A stretch of DNA of 64,000 nucleotides from Acidobacteriaceae bacterium (GCA_030041435.1 JASHNW010000115.1:38921-102920); one strand, 5' to 3'; positions 43,349 to 56,269 are shown, counted from the stretch's first letter. Numbers and translations are program-made. The notes: generated by a model from the sequence alone, not told the origin.

Positions 43349-44305
43349 TTGTTGCACCAAACAAGAGCCTCTCTGGATACCGGCGCACCTTTCCTGGCAG
43401 TCTCCGCGCCCCTGTGCCAAAGCTTGCTCCCACTGCCGCCGCCACGAACCTGCGCTCCTGCCTTCCTTGACAAGGCGCAAAGCGGGCCGATATTTTTGAG
43501 CTACCGGAAAGCTGTCCAACGCACATCCCTGCAACGCTTTCTCCCTCTCAAGGCAGGCTCCTTGCGCATTCTTCCAACCGGTCTCTCCCGCTCTGCTCCA
43601 CGGCGCAGATCATGCTGTTGCCGTCTCCCATTCCTCCGGACCCTTCCCGTCCTGGCAGTGTTGCTCCTCGGGGCCTTGACCGCACGCTCCCAGGAGGATC
43701 CTCCTGTCACGGTCAGCCGTCCCCTTCCACCCCATGAGCCGGTAGCCAGCGCCGTTGTTTTCGAAGGACTGGCTTCCTTCGGCAACTACAATCTCTTCGC
43801 CAGCGGCAGCGGCTGCAAACTCTACACCGGCGGTGTCGAATACGACCGCAACTCCTGGGGACGCTTTCTGCGATCGCAGGTGGATTACGTTGCCGAAGCG
43901 CTGCCCCTGGTGCTGCTGCAGGAGCCGACCCAGTCCGATTACCACGGCTATCCAACCACTACCCGGCGCAGGATCGTTCCCGGACTCGGCTTCAGCCCCG
44001 TTGGCTTTCGCATGCTGTGGCGGCAGGGCCAGTTGCTGCAGCCGTATCTGGAGGAGAAGGGCGGCATCCTGGTTTTTGACCGCAAGGTCATCAATTCCAA
44101 CGCCACCTATGAAGATTTCAGCCTGCACTCATCGTTCGGCCTGCTGGTGAAGGCTTCGCCCAGCTACGATGTGCGGGTCAGCCTCTATAGCGACTTCCAT
44201 ATGTCGAACGCGTTCATTGTCCCCGTCAATCCGGGCCTTGATGTGATGAACGTGAGTTTTGGCCTAAGCTACAACCTCGGCCGGCATCACCCCGTCTCGC
44301 GATAG
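43349..44305 (+). CDS. outer-membrane acyloxyacyl hydrolase (PagL-like lipid A deacylase family)
   Basis: The C-terminal H-x-S-N catalytic motif in a beta-barrel context (SLYSDFHMSNAFIVPVNPGLDVMNVSFGLSYNL) is PagL-like. The true start is probably well downstream, near the signal peptide LPVLAVLLLGALTARSQ, but no clear start codon was found. Confidence 0.55.
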   Translation: MLHQTRASLDTGAPFLAVSAPLCQSLLPLPPPRTCAPAFLDKAQSGPIFLSYRKAVQRTSLQRFLPLKAGSLRILPTGLSRSAPRRRSCCCRLPFLRTLPVLAVLLLGALTARSQEDPPVTVSRPLPPHEPVASAVVFEGLASFGNYNLFASGSGCKLYTGGVEYDRNSWGRFLRSQVDYVAEALPLVLLQEPTQSDYHGYPTTTRRRIVPGLGFSPVGFRMLWRQGQLLQPYLEEKGGILVFDRKVINSNATYEDFSLHSSFGLLVKASPSYDVRVSLYSDFHMSNAFIVPVNPGLDVMNVSFGLSYNLGRHHPVSR

Positions 44306-44441
44306 TGGAGCTGCCGAAATCGGCAGATTGTACAGACGGCCAGCCGACAGTGGTTAGGTCAGTACTCCCCATAGTGGTTATGGCAACCTGCCACCCGACT
44401 GCGCCAAACTCCTGCAGAGAGTTTTCCAGAGAGGTATCCCT

Positions 44442-45200
44442 ATGCGGAAATCCCAGCTGGCCGCTGCTCTTATTCTCGCCCTGGCAGGAATGCTCGTTTG
44501 CCCGGCTCATCGTGCCCAGGCTGCCTCCGCGTCACAAACTTCCCCGGATGTGACCCTGGCCTCCATGGCGCCGGAGCAGCGAGGCGACCTGCTGATGGCG
44601 CGCGGCCAATATCTGGCGGCGATTACCGCCTATCGCGAGGCTCCGCAGGACGCTCAGGTTCTGAACAAGATGGGCATCGCCTACCATCACCTGGAAGCGA
44701 TCGACCTGGCGAAAAAGGACTACGAGAAGGCGCTGCTCATCCGGCCGAATTACCCAGAAGCCATCAACAACCTCGGCGCAGCCTATTTTGCCCAGCGCAA
44801 CTACAAGAAGGCGATTCGCCTCTACCGGCGCGCGCTGGTGCTGCTGCCCGACTCCGCGGTGATCGCAGCCAATCTGGGAACAGCCTACTTTGCGCGGGGC
44901 AAATACAAGCCCGGCCTCGAAGCCTACCGAAAAGCCTTTGCGCTCGATCCGGATGTCTTCAACAACACCTCTCAGATGACCGTGGGGGCCCTGAGCACAG
45001 CCGACCGCGCTCGCCAGGACTACTGCATCGCTGAACTGTTCGCCCAGGCCGGCATGCAGGACCGTGCCATTGAGTATTTGCGCAAAGCTTTCGGGGAGGG
45101 CTTCAGCGATCGCAATAAGCTAATGGAGGACGCAGTCTTCGCCAAGCTGCGCCAAACCGCGCAGTTCGCGCAGCTGATGGCCGAGCAGAAGCTGCACTGA
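44442..45200 (+). CDS. secreted tetratricopeptide-repeat protein
   Basis: Signal peptide MRKSQLAAALILALAGMLVCPAHRAQA, then 4-5 TPR units (..YEKALLIRPNYPEAINNLGAAYFAQRNYKKAIRLYRRAL..). Confidence 0.8.
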   Translation: MRKSQLAAALILALAGMLVCPAHRAQAASASQTSPDVTLASMAPEQRGDLLMARGQYLAAITAYREAPQDAQVLNKMGIAYHHLEAIDLAKKDYEKALLIRPNYPEAINNLGAAYFAQRNYKKAIRLYRRALVLLPDSAVIAANLGTAYFARGKYKPGLEAYRKAFALDPDVFNNTSQMTVGALSTADRARQDYCIAELFAQAGMQDRAIEYLRKAFGEGFSDRNKLMEDAVFAKLRQTAQFAQLMAEQKLH

Positions 45201-45352
45201 TACCCCCAGTGGACGAGCCGAGCCTTTTCTCCGCAGATGATCCTACCGTTCCGGCCCGGAGTCGCGGTGCGCAGAAGTTCCAGCCGCACTCCGGCCGCTT
45301 TTTCTCTGCGGCGACTTCCCTCGCTTGGCCCGAGCAGTCTTCTTCCGGCACA

Positions 45353-46126
45353 ATGACCTTCCTCCGGCTGGGCCGCCTGTTTGTAGGTGTTTCCATGGTG
45401 GCATTCGGAATCCAGGAACTGCAGACCTCCGGGCACATCGGCGATCTGGGGCTGTTGGCGGACTGGATGCCGGCGCATGCCGCCCTGGCGTGGCTGGCAG
45501 CGGGGATTTTTCTCATTGCGGGCCTCGCGACGCTGACCAGCATTGGCCTGCGCAGTGTTGCAACCGTGATGGGCGTGGTCTTCGCCGTGGCCGCGGTGCT
45601 GCGGTTTGCGGCGCTGATTCCGCAGATGGGACATGTTTGGCCCTACCGGGGCGTGATGTCGGAGCTGTTCGCGTGTGGCGCGGGGATGTGGATGCTGGCG
45701 GCGCAAGTGGAAGGCGCGTGGCCCGGCGACGCGGTGGTGCGGCGTTTGGCGGCGGTGGGGCTGGCGGTGTTTGGCGTGACGGATGTGGTGTTCGGGTCGA
45801 TCCATTTTCAGGTGGCCGCGTTCATCGCATCGTTGATTCCGCACTGGATGCCGGCGCGGCTGTTTCTGACGTACTTTACGGGCACGGCTCTGGTCGCGGC
45901 GGGCTTGGCATTTCTGGCGCGGCGGTGGGTGCGAGCGGCGGGATTGTGGCTGGGCCTGATGTTCTTCCTGTGGGTGGTGCTGCTGCATGCGCTGCGCATC
46001 GCCCATGCGCTGCACGACAGCGATGAGTGGAACAGCGGGTTTGTGTGCCTGTGCATGGCGGGCTGCGCGTTGCTCGCCGCAGCCCTCCCCCTGCGTGCCG
46101 CGCGGCGAAAACCCGCGGACGCCTGA
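45353..46126 (+). CDS. polytopic integral membrane protein (possibly DoxX-like)
   Basis: Start at MTFLRLG (track: 45209). About 8 hydrophobic helices. Family assignment is weak. Confidence 0.45.
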   Translation: MTFLRLGRLFVGVSMVAFGIQELQTSGHIGDLGLLADWMPAHAALAWLAAGIFLIAGLATLTSIGLRSVATVMGVVFAVAAVLRFAALIPQMGHVWPYRGVMSELFACGAGMWMLAAQVEGAWPGDAVVRRLAAVGLAVFGVTDVVFGSIHFQVAAFIASLIPHWMPARLFLTYFTGTALVAAGLAFLARRWVRAAGLWLGLMFFLWVVLLHALRIAHALHDSDEWNSGFVCLCMAGCALLAAALPLRAARRKPADA

Positions 46127-46297
46127 GAGAATCGCGGCGCGCCCCGCCGACACGGCGCCCGCGATCTTTCAGATCCTGGCGCTGTTCTCGCTCCTCCGTA
46201 ACCTTCGCCGGTACTCGCGTACCCCTTTTCCTCATTCCCGCGTCCAACGCTGTGAAATGATGCTTCCCATTTACCCTTTTGGATGGTACAGGTAGGT

Positions 46298-47092
46298 ATG
46301 AATTCGGTCTCAGCCTCCGCAATACAGGCCGGCCAACCCGGAACCCCGGGATCCAATCCCGCGTGGCAGCCTGCTGCGAGTCCTTTGCACCCCCCTGGCC
46401 ATCCAATTGTTGTCAGCGTCAGGAGTCTCCGCAAAGAGTATCTGACGGGCAGGGGGCGTCTGGTCCTTTTTGACGATCTGGACCTGGACGTTGCCGAGGG
46501 CGAAATGCTCGCCATTGTGGGCCAGTCCGGGGCTGGAAAAAGCACACTCCTGCACATGCTGGGCGCGCTTGATACCCCCTCAGGGGGTGACGTATACTGC
46601 GCCTCAATTCAATTGCGTTCTCTAAGCCCCCGGCAGGCCGCCTCCTTTCGCAATCGCGAGGTCGGCTATGTCTGGCAGTTTCATTATCTTCTGCCGGAAT
46701 TTACGGCGCTGGAGAACGTGGCTATGCCTCTGCTGGCGAGGGGCGAAACGAAGGCCGAAGCATTCAGAAGTGCGGAGCAGTGGTTGAACGAGGTCGAACT
46801 GGGGGATCGGGTCGGGCACCGGGCCGGAGAGCTCTCCGGGGGCGAACAGCAGCGGGTTTCGCTGGCCCGCGCCCTGGTCACGGGTCCTCGCGTGCTTCTG
46901 GCCGACGAGCCGACAGGAGACCTGGACAACCGTACCGCTGAAATGGTGTTTAGTTTGATCGAACGAATGCATACAACGCATCACCTCACCTCGGTCATCG
47001 TTACGCACAACACGGCGCTGGCGCGCCGGTGCGGCAGGGTCATGCGGCTGGAAAAGGGCCGCCTGGAAGAAGTTTCTCCGCAGGTGGTTTGA
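46298..47092 (+). CDS. lolD: LolD/MacB-type ABC transporter ATP-binding protein, no adjacent permease
   Basis: Walker [10 protein letters not shown], LolD-type motif [19 protein letters not shown], signature LSGGEQQR, Walker [12 protein letters not shown]. Both neighbours are unrelated genes. Confidence 0.8.
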   Translation: MNSVSASAIQAGQPGTPGSNPAWQPAASPLHPPGHPIVVSVRSLRKEYLTGRGRLVLFDDLDLDVAEGEMLAIVGQSGAGKSTLLHMLGALDTPSGGDVYCASIQLRSLSPRQAASFRNREVGYVWQFHYLLPEFTALENVAMPLLARGETKAEAFRSAEQWLNEVELGDRVGHRAGELSGGEQQRVSLARALVTGPRVLLADEPTGDLDNRTAEMVFSLIERMHTTHHLTSVIVTHNTALARRCGRVMRLEKGRLEEVSPQVV

Positions 47093-47362
47093 AAGCGGAG
47101 GTTGGCAGCAGGTTTGCAGGATACGAAGCGGGCGCCGCAGGCGAGGAAGTTCGCGGCGCCGGTCCTCGGGAAATGGGATGGATGCGGACGTTTGCACCAG
47201 CCTCAGGGGCCGCCCACATTTGCCCTCGATTTCAGGCACGGGTGGCAGTCAGAGCCTGAGCAGTTGTCAGGCTCACACGAACGAAGGGGCCCGATTCCAC
47301 CGGCAACGCCCGGCACGCATGACCGGCGTTTCCAGCGGCAAGCGGAGTCTCTCAGAGGGAAC

Positions 47363-49816
<2,454 letters not shown>

Positions 49817-49837
49817 GCGGCGGACTGAACAAAAGCG

Positions 49838-49872
49838 AAGAGGCTGCGAGCGATCGCAGCCTCTTTTGTTTT
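49838..49872. terminator. bidirectional intrinsic terminator between convergent clpC and FKBP genes
   Basis: AGAGGCTGCGA-GCGA-TCGCAGCCTCT followed by TTTTGTTTT on the + strand. A T-rich tail (CGCTTTTGTTC) is also present on the minus strand. Confidence 0.75.
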
Positions 49873-49888
49873 GCCAGCTGAATCTGCG

Positions 49889-50722
49889 CTACTGCGGCTT
49901 CGGCGCAGTGGACGAGGAGCCTGCGGGCGGATTGGCAGGCGGAGGCGTGGTCTGCGAGTTGGGCTTTGCCGCTTGCGGTGCGCTGGTTCCCTGCGGCGTT
50001 CCGGTTGGCGGATGCAGTGCGCCCGGAGGCACCGGACGTGGCATGGGCGCCGGACGCGGTGGAGGCGCGTCGCTCTGGCTTACCAGCTCCACGTCGAAGA
50101 TGAGCTCCGACTTGGCCGGAATCACCGGCGGCCGTCCTTCTTCTCCGTAGGCCAGCTGGTACGGAATATACAGGCGGCGCTTCCCGCCCACGCGCATCCC
50201 TTCAAATCCCGTATCCCATCCCGGAATGACGCGGTGCTCTCCGTGCGGAAACGTAATCGGCTCCGCATTCGGATGGTCGTACGATGAATCGAACTTCGTT
50301 CCCTGGTCCGCAAGGTACCCTGTGTAGCGCACCGTGTAGAACTTATGCGCCGCCGCCAGCTCGCCGTTGCCGATCTGCGTATCGACGTAATCCAGCGAAT
50401 AGGTTTCAGTTTTCGGGGCGAGATCTTCGCGCACAGATTCGCTCACCAGCGGCGACGCGTAGTCGAGGCGGGTGGTGGGAATCCGGGTGATGGTGTAAAG
50501 CGTCCTGATGCACGGCGCGCCCGCGGGAAGCGCGGGGATCTTCGGCGAAATTACCGGTGGGTGGAGGGCGCAGCCCGCTGCGTGCGGCACAGCATGGTGC
50601 GCCGCGGTTGCCGTCGCACGATGCTGCGCAGATGCGGTGGACGTGGAGGCTGTCTGCGCCGCAACGGGCACAGCGGCCAGAGCAAAGGCCAGAAAATAAC
50701 TGCAAAGTTTGGGCTGATTCAT
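49889..50722 (-). CDS. secreted FKBP-type peptidyl-prolyl cis-trans isomerase with Pro-rich C-terminal tail
   Basis: Signal peptide, FKBP core (..YTVRYTGYLADQGTKFDSSYD..ITFPHGEHRVIPGWDTGFEGMRVGGKRRLYIPYQLAYGE..), then ~58 aa of low-complexity P/A/T-rich tail. Confidence 0.85.
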   Translation of the reverse strand: MNQPKLCSYFLAFALAAVPVAAQTASTSTASAQHRATATAAHHAVPHAAGCALHPPVISPKIPALPAGAPCIRTLYTITRIPTTRLDYASPLVSESVREDLAPKTETYSLDYVDTQIGNGELAAAHKFYTVRYTGYLADQGTKFDSSYDHPNAEPITFPHGEHRVIPGWDTGFEGMRVGGKRRLYIPYQLAYGEEGRPPVIPAKSELIFDVELVSQSDAPPPRPAPMPRPVPPGALHPPTGTPQGTSAPQAAKPNSQTTPPPANPPAGSSSTAPKPQ

Positions 50723-50969
50723 ATCGCCCCCCAGTGTAAGCTACGCGCGCCAAATTTTTCCGCCCCCATCGGCCCAGCACCCGCCGGGGAGAGTTCCCTG
50801 CCCGCGTCCATCCCCGGATCGCTTGCTCTTTTGCTACAATCCAGATACGGAATGGTGACAGTTCCGCGCAGTAAAAATCGGTCGCGGTCGCCGCGCAGGC
50901 GCAGCCGCTGACCGGCAAAATAGCCGGCAAAGCGCAATGCTTTGCGGCTCGGTTTCGCAAAAGGGCATA

Positions 50970-51046
50970 GGGGACGTAGTTCAGTTGGTTAGAATGCTGC
51001 CCTGTCACGGCAGAGGTCGCGGGTTCGAGCCCCGTCGTCCCCGCCA
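50970..51046 (+). tRNA. tRNA-Asp (anticodon GTC), CCA encoded
   Basis: GGGGACG-TA-GTTC-AGTTGGTTA-GAAT-G-CTGCC-CTGTCAC-GGCAG-AGGTC-GCGGG-TTCGAGC-CCCGT-CGTCCCC-G-CCA. Confidence 0.95.
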
Positions 51047-51188
51047 GATTCTAAATCGTGGGCCTCGGTGGCAATCGCGCATGTCGGGGAAAAGAGACCC
51101 CAAGCCCCGGCCGCCAGGGCGCGAGATGCAGTTGAACGGATCGGCTAAAGCAACCGGCAGCTCATGCGCAGCTGATTCCCGATCCCCG

Positions 51189-52430
51189 ATGGATCATCAC
51201 CTCATTTCTGCACCACGTCGGCAGGCTCATCGAGCTCTCACGCGGGCTGCGCCATGGATGCTGGCACTGGCGCTGGCGCTGCTACTCGCCTGGTTGCCGC
51301 AGCGAGCGGCCGCTCAGAGCGATCCGCGCGCGGCGGCGTTCGCGCTGGAACAAGCAGGGAAAAACGCCGAAGCGGAGGCTGCCTGGCGAAAGCTGGCAGC
51401 GGAGTCTCCGTCGAGCGCGGAGCCCCTGGCTCATATCGGGCTTCTCGAGGCGCGCCAGGAGCACTACGCGACCGCTGTCGCTTTCTACCGCAAAGCTCTG
51501 GCGCTCGATCCGGCCATGCCTGGCCTGCGCCTGAACCTGGGGCTGGCGTACTTCAAAGGCGGCGAGTACCGGGAGACCATTCACATCTTCGAGCCGATGC
51601 TCAAGGCGCAGCCTGCCCATTCTGCCGAGACGGACCGGCTCACGCTGCTGCTGGGCATGTCGCACTACGGCCTGGGCGAATATGGAGCGGCAACGCCGTA
51701 CCTGATGCGGGCGTCCGCATCGGATCCGCAAAATCTGGAGCTGCTACTGACCCTGGCGCATAGCTGCCTGTTGTCCAGCCAGTTCCAGTGCGTGCTCGAC
51801 GCCTGGCATCGCATCGTCGCTCTCAATGCTGAATCGGCGGAGGCCGATATGCTGGCGGGCGAGGCGCTGGACGCCATGAAGGACAGCGACGGCGCGATCC
51901 GCGAGTTTCGCGCGGCGGCAGCGGCCAATCCCAAAGAGCCGAACGTGCATTTTGGACTTGGCTACCTGCTGTGGACGCGGAGCCAGTATGCGGAGGCCGC
52001 GCAGGAATTTCAGGCTGAGCTTGCCAATGATCCGGGTTACACCAACGCCATGCAGTACCTTGCGGATTGCGAATTGCAGATGGGCCAGCTTGATCCGGCA
52101 CAGTCGCTGCTGGAGAAGATCGTGAAGAGCGATCCTTCGGTTTTCATGGCGAGGCGGGACCTGGGCATTCTCTATGCGAAGAGAGACCGGCGCGAAGATG
52201 CGCTCCGGGAGCTGAAGGCGGCCGCGGCGATCAAGCCGAACGACGTCAGCGTCCACTGGCAACTGGCCAGGCTGTATCGGACCATGGGTGATATGACCGA
52301 GGCCAGGCGTGAATTCGAGAAGACGCGCAGCCTGAACCAGGCCGCCGATGCCGCTCTGGTGAACCTGATGTCGCATGCGCCGCGGAGCGGGGCTGCAGCT
52401 GCGGCCATGCCGGACGCCCCGCAAAAGTAA
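51189..52430 (+). CDS. secreted tetratricopeptide-repeat protein
   Basis: The track ORF (from 50937) overlaps tRNA-Asp, so a later ATG is used (51189; 51081 and 51126 are also possible). Signal-like WMLALALALLLAWLPQRAAAQ, then ~9 TPR units. Confidence 0.7.
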   Translation: MDHHLISAPRRQAHRALTRAAPWMLALALALLLAWLPQRAAAQSDPRAAAFALEQAGKNAEAEAAWRKLAAESPSSAEPLAHIGLLEARQEHYATAVAFYRKALALDPAMPGLRLNLGLAYFKGGEYRETIHIFEPMLKAQPAHSAETDRLTLLLGMSHYGLGEYGAATPYLMRASASDPQNLELLLTLAHSCLLSSQFQCVLDAWHRIVALNAESAEADMLAGEALDAMKDSDGAIREFRAAAAANPKEPNVHFGLGYLLWTRSQYAEAAQEFQAELANDPGYTNAMQYLADCELQMGQLDPAQSLLEKIVKSDPSVFMARRDLGILYAKRDRREDALRELKAAAAIKPNDVSVHWQLARLYRTMGDMTEARREFEKTRSLNQAADAALVNLMSHAPRSGAAAAAMPDAPQK

Positions 52431-52472
52431 AGGCCGGAGCTTACGCCCCGGCCTCTCGCTTCGCCGCAGCCT

Positions 52473-55400
52473 CTAGAAATACAGCTTGCTGCTGAACTGC
52501 ATGATTCTCGGCTCGTGCGCGCTGGTGTCCTGGCCAAACGTTCCATCGCCAAGGCCGTTGTCGACGCCGTTGAAGCTGGTGTGATTGAAAACGTTGAAGG
52601 CCTCTGCGCGCATCTGCAGATTGACCCGTTCGCCAAAGTTGAAGTTCTTCATCAGGCCCAGGTCGACCTTCTCCAGACCGGGCCCCAGAATGTTCCCAGC
52701 CGACTCGCTGCCAAAGTGCCCCACGGCCGGCGCGAAAGAGGAGGTGTCAAACCACATCCGTTGACTCTTCGTCTTCACCAGGCGAACGGGGCTCAGCTGA
52801 TCGGGCCGAGCCAGAATGTCGTAGTTGGGGCCGTCGATCCCCAGCCCGCCGGGATACGTTCCCGCCTGGCATCCGTTGGCAGTCGACGAATCGGGCACGC
52901 AGCCGAACGGATCCGGATACTGGAACGCGTTGAAGGACGATCCGGATTCGAAGGTCGTGATGCCGGAGAGTTCCCAGCCACCGAGCGTATGCCCCGCCAG
53001 GCCATGCTGCTCGCTGAAGAATGGCTCCTTGTAAACAAAGTTGGCAATGAAGATCTGCGGCTCATTCAGACCGGAGTTGCCATAGTCCAGATTCGGATCC
53101 CACGTATAGGTGTTGGCCACGCCGCGATCGTTGTACTGATCCGACAGGTTCCTGGACCACGTATAGGCTATGCCGGCCTGCAGATCGCGCGAGCGATGGT
53201 TCAGCGAGATCTGCAGCGAGTTGTAGTTGGCGGTAAAGACCGGAGTGCGAGTGTGGAAATCCGAATACCCCAGGTAATTGCGAATGTTGTTCAGCGGGGC
53301 CGATGGATTGGCTTCGCGCGTGGCCAGGGTGGGCATATTCAGATCCAGTTCGCCCAGCAGATGCCGCGATTGAGAGCCGACGTAGGCAATCTCGAGCGTA
53401 GTGTTGCGGTCCAGTTGTTGTTCGCCCGAGAGGTTGAAGTCCGCATACGAGGGAACCTTGAAGGTTGGGTCGCCGGTGGTGGTGAGCGGATTCGGCGCTA
53501 AATTGGGAGGCGCGGCGGACCCGGCGCCGAGAGGATTGTCGAACGACGTATTGACGATTGTGGTTGTCTGCACCAGCGGCGGGTCGCCGAAGGCATTCTG
53601 TTCCCAGATGCCGTCGAGAACTCGATCGTAGAAGACACCGAAGCCGCCGCGCAGCACCGTCTTGCCGTTGCCGAAGGGCGTCCAGGCGAACCCCACGCGA
53701 GGCCCGAAATTCAGGTTGCTGTTGGGGTTCACGAGCGCTCCGTAAGGCGAGCAGGTAACCTGGCTGGAGATTGCCTTGGCCGCGGAGCATGCCGCGCCCT
53801 GAGGAAAGATGAGCCCGTTGGCGTACGTGGCGGGCGTGAAGGCCTGGCCGGGGACGAAGTTTCCGTTCGCGTCCAGCGCCGGAGCCGCGCTCGCGCTGAA
53901 AACGAGAGGATCGAAGTTCGTCAGTGTGTTCTTCACGTCCCCTGGCGACGGAAAGCGCGACCAGCGCACGCCCAGACTAATGTTGAGGTTGTGACTGACC
54001 TTCCAGTTGTCCTCCGCATACGCTTCCGTATTCCAGAAGTGCAGATCGGGAACGATATCGCGGCTGGCCTGGCTGTACTGCACCGCATCGCCCAGCAGAA
54101 AATCGCCCCACGTGTTGAAGTCGAAGCCGGGGTTGCCTTCTGACGCGTCTTCGGTCTTCAGCATCTGCTGCGCCGTGAATCCGGCGCGCAGCGTGTGCTG
54201 CCCCACGGTGTAGGTGAAGTTGTCGAAGATGTTGCGATCGAGATTGCGCTCGAAGTACGGAGCGCTGCCCTGGGAAACGACGGTGACGGAGCCATCCAGA
54301 ACCGACACGCTGGGGATGCGCCCGTAGGGATCGGTGTAAGCATATTTGTTGGTCAGGGCGGAAAGCAGGCTGGGCGAGTTGGCGGGCCCGGAGAGCGCGC
54401 CCTTGATGGTTCCCTGAGAATAAGCAAACTCAACCTCGTTCACCATTTTTGGCGAAATGGTCCAGGTCAGGTTGGCGACCACGTTTTTCCCGGGCGCATT
54501 GATTGCCACGTTCACCACATCCGGATAGTTGGACCCGCCCCACAAGCCCGTGGGCAGGGTTTCCGGAACGTCGTCCTGCATCCCGCGCGCGAAGAAACGG
54601 AGCTTGTCGTTGAAGTAGTGATCCACGCGCACCAGGTCCTGGCGGAAGTTATTCAGTGTCGAGTAGCCGGCGAGGTTATAGCCGTAAGTGAAACCATTGT
54701 TCTGCGAGGTGAGGTTGGCCGGGTACTTGCTCACGATCTGGGCGACATAGACCTTGGAATTAGCGCTGTAGCAGGCAGGATTGGCGGTGGCATATCCGAC
54801 GGGACTGGCGCCAGTGGTCAATGGCGTATAGGCGCTCACGCACCCGGACCCCACCGCCGCCAGTGTGGCCGCGTAGTTGGTGGGGTTGGTGGCAAATGTG
54901 CCGGCCAGTTCGGCCGGCGTGGCCGCGGGCACGTCGTTGCTGGTCGGCTCCGACGTCTTGCGCCACTCCTCTGACCAGAAAAAGAAAGTTTTCTTTCTGT
55001 CGGTGTTGTAGGCGTGCGGGATCATGATGGGGCCGCCCAGCGTGAACCCGAAGTCGTTGTAGTGGTCGGGCGAGCGTGGCAGGCCCGCCACCCCGTTGAA
55101 GTAGAGATTGGCATTGGAGTTTTCGGTCCGCACGAATTCATAGGCGGTGCCGTGGAAATCGCGGGTGCCCGACCGCGTGGCTACTACAATCTGGCCGCCG
55201 CCGGACCGGCCGAAGCTGGCGTCGTAGGAGCTGCGCTCGAGCGTGAACTCCTGAATGGCATCGATCGACGGAATATTCAGCAGGGTCGCGTTCGAGCCGC
55301 TGTCGTTGATGTCTGCCCCGTCGACGGACCAGTTGTTGGCCGTTTCCCGCGCTCCGTTGACGGAGATGGACGACACGCTGTTGAGGCCGAACCCAGGCTC

Positions 55401-55982
55401 ATCCCCGAGATTGTTGACCACGCCGGGTTGCAGGGTGACCAGCTGCTGGAAATTGCGGTTGATCAGCTCCAGCTCGCGCACCTGGGTTCCGTCGATGGTC
55501 CCCGCCTGAGCGCTCGATGTGGTGTCAATGGCTACCGGGTTTTCCTGCACGACAACGGTCTGCGTTGCCGATCCCGGCTTGAGCACCACGTTGACTGCCC
55601 GCTGCTGCGCCACGTTGAGGACTACGTCCTGCTGCCTGACCGTCTCGAAGCCCTGGAACGCGACCGTGATGGTATAAGTGCCGGCCGGCAGATTCGTCGC
55701 CGTGTAGTTTCCGTCGGCATCGGTTTCCACCACGCGTGCCTGCGTGCCGACTCCGCTCAGAGTGAGAGTGACGGTGGCATGCGGAATGACTGCTCCGCTG
55801 GTGTCAGTGACCGTTCCTGTGAGCGTCCCCTGCAACTCCTGTGCTCGCACGCACAGCGGAGCGGTCAGCAGGGCGACCAGGGCGACGATCAGCGCAGCAA
55901 TCCGTCTCCCCCCGTGCCGTAAATGGAAATCCTTTTGTTGCGATTGGAGCGTTCCCTGCAAAATCGATTCGAGCAGCTTCAT
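52473..55982 (-). CDS. TonB-dependent-receptor-like outer membrane protein with N-terminal CarboxypepD_reg domain
   Basis: Start at MKLLESI (GGAGG 7 nt upstream). Signal peptide, GTLTGTVTDTSGAVIPHATVTL..DADGNYTATNLPAGTYTI (carboxypeptidase regulatory-like), plug-like region, long beta-barrel, C-terminal ..MQFSSKLYF. Confidence 0.8.
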   Translation of the reverse strand: MKLLESILQGTLQSQQKDFHLRHGGRRIAALIVALVALLTAPLCVRAQELQGTLTGTVTDTSGAVIPHATVTLTLSGVGTQARVVETDADGNYTATNLPAGTYTITVAFQGFETVRQQDVVLNVAQQRAVNVVLKPGSATQTVVVQENPVAIDTTSSAQAGTIDGTQVRELELINRNFQQLVTLQPGVVNNLGDEPGFGLNSVSSISVNGARETANNWSVDGADINDSGSNATLLNIPSIDAIQEFTLERSSYDASFGRSGGGQIVVATRSGTRDFHGTAYEFVRTENSNANLYFNGVAGLPRSPDHYNDFGFTLGGPIMIPHAYNTDRKKTFFFWSEEWRKTSEPTSNDVPAATPAELAGTFATNPTNYAATLAAVGSGCVSAYTPLTTGASPVGYATANPACYSANSKVYVAQIVSKYPANLTSQNNGFTYGYNLAGYSTLNNFRQDLVRVDHYFNDKLRFFARGMQDDVPETLPTGLWGGSNYPDVVNVAINAPGKNVVANLTWTISPKMVNEVEFAYSQGTIKGALSGPANSPSLLSALTNKYAYTDPYGRIPSVSVLDGSVTVVSQGSAPYFERNLDRNIFDNFTYTVGQHTLRAGFTAQQMLKTEDASEGNPGFDFNTWGDFLLGDAVQYSQASRDIVPDLHFWNTEAYAEDNWKVSHNLNISLGVRWSRFPSPGDVKNTLTNFDPLVFSASAAPALDANGNFVPGQAFTPATYANGLIFPQGAACSAAKAISSQVTCSPYGALVNPNSNLNFGPRVGFAWTPFGNGKTVLRGGFGVFYDRVLDGIWEQNAFGDPPLVQTTTIVNTSFDNPLGAGSAAPPNLAPNPLTTTGDPTFKVPSYADFNLSGEQQLDRNTTLEIAYVGSQSRHLLGELDLNMPTLATREANPSAPLNNIRNYLGYSDFHTRTPVFTANYNSLQISLNHRSRDLQAGIAYTWSRNLSDQYNDRGVANTYTWDPNLDYGNSGLNEPQIFIANFVYKEPFFSEQHGLAGHTLGGWELSGITTFESGSSFNAFQYPDPFGCVPDSSTANGCQAGTYPGGLGIDGPNYDILARPDQLSPVRLVKTKSQRMWFDTSSFAPAVGHFGSESAGNILGPGLEKVDLGLMKNFNFGERVNLQMRAEAFNVFNHTSFNGVDNGLGDGTFGQDTSAHEPRIMQFSSKLYF

Positions 55983-56269
55983 GGCGTAGCCTCCTGAAGA
56001 GAAAGTTGAACGAGCATCGCGCAGTTCCTTCTCAACCACAGTCGGAAGTGAATCGGCCCTGAATCAATCACGGGAGGCGTGAACCTCTTTTGGATCGGTT
56101 GACACGCCTGCGCCTGCTCAGTTTCACCTATGATCAGCAAGAATAGGACGGGGATGGAGGCACGGCAAGCGAAAAATGAACAAATCGGCCAAAAATGATC
56201 AGCTTGATGAGGAAAAACGGGCGATATCTTCGACCAGCACTCCGTCGCCGGACACGGATGCCTGTTCTT

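Noticed and set aside
50193-50202. 10-nt match (TTCAAATCCC) to the tRNA-Pro T-loop region, considered as a distal att copy for an island starting at tRNA-Pro.
   Set aside because: The match does not extend into the acceptor arm, it lies inside the FKBP coding sequence, and a 10-mer match is within chance expectation.
50937-51188. N-terminal extensions of ORFs that overlap tRNA genes (50937..52430 over tRNA-Asp; 21998..22915 over tRNA-His).
   Set aside because: The extensions translate tRNA sequence on the same strand (for example ..VVQLVRMLPCHGRGRGFEPRRPRQ.. and ..AERLTVAQDVVGSIPTSRP..). Downstream in-frame starts give proteins of normal family length.
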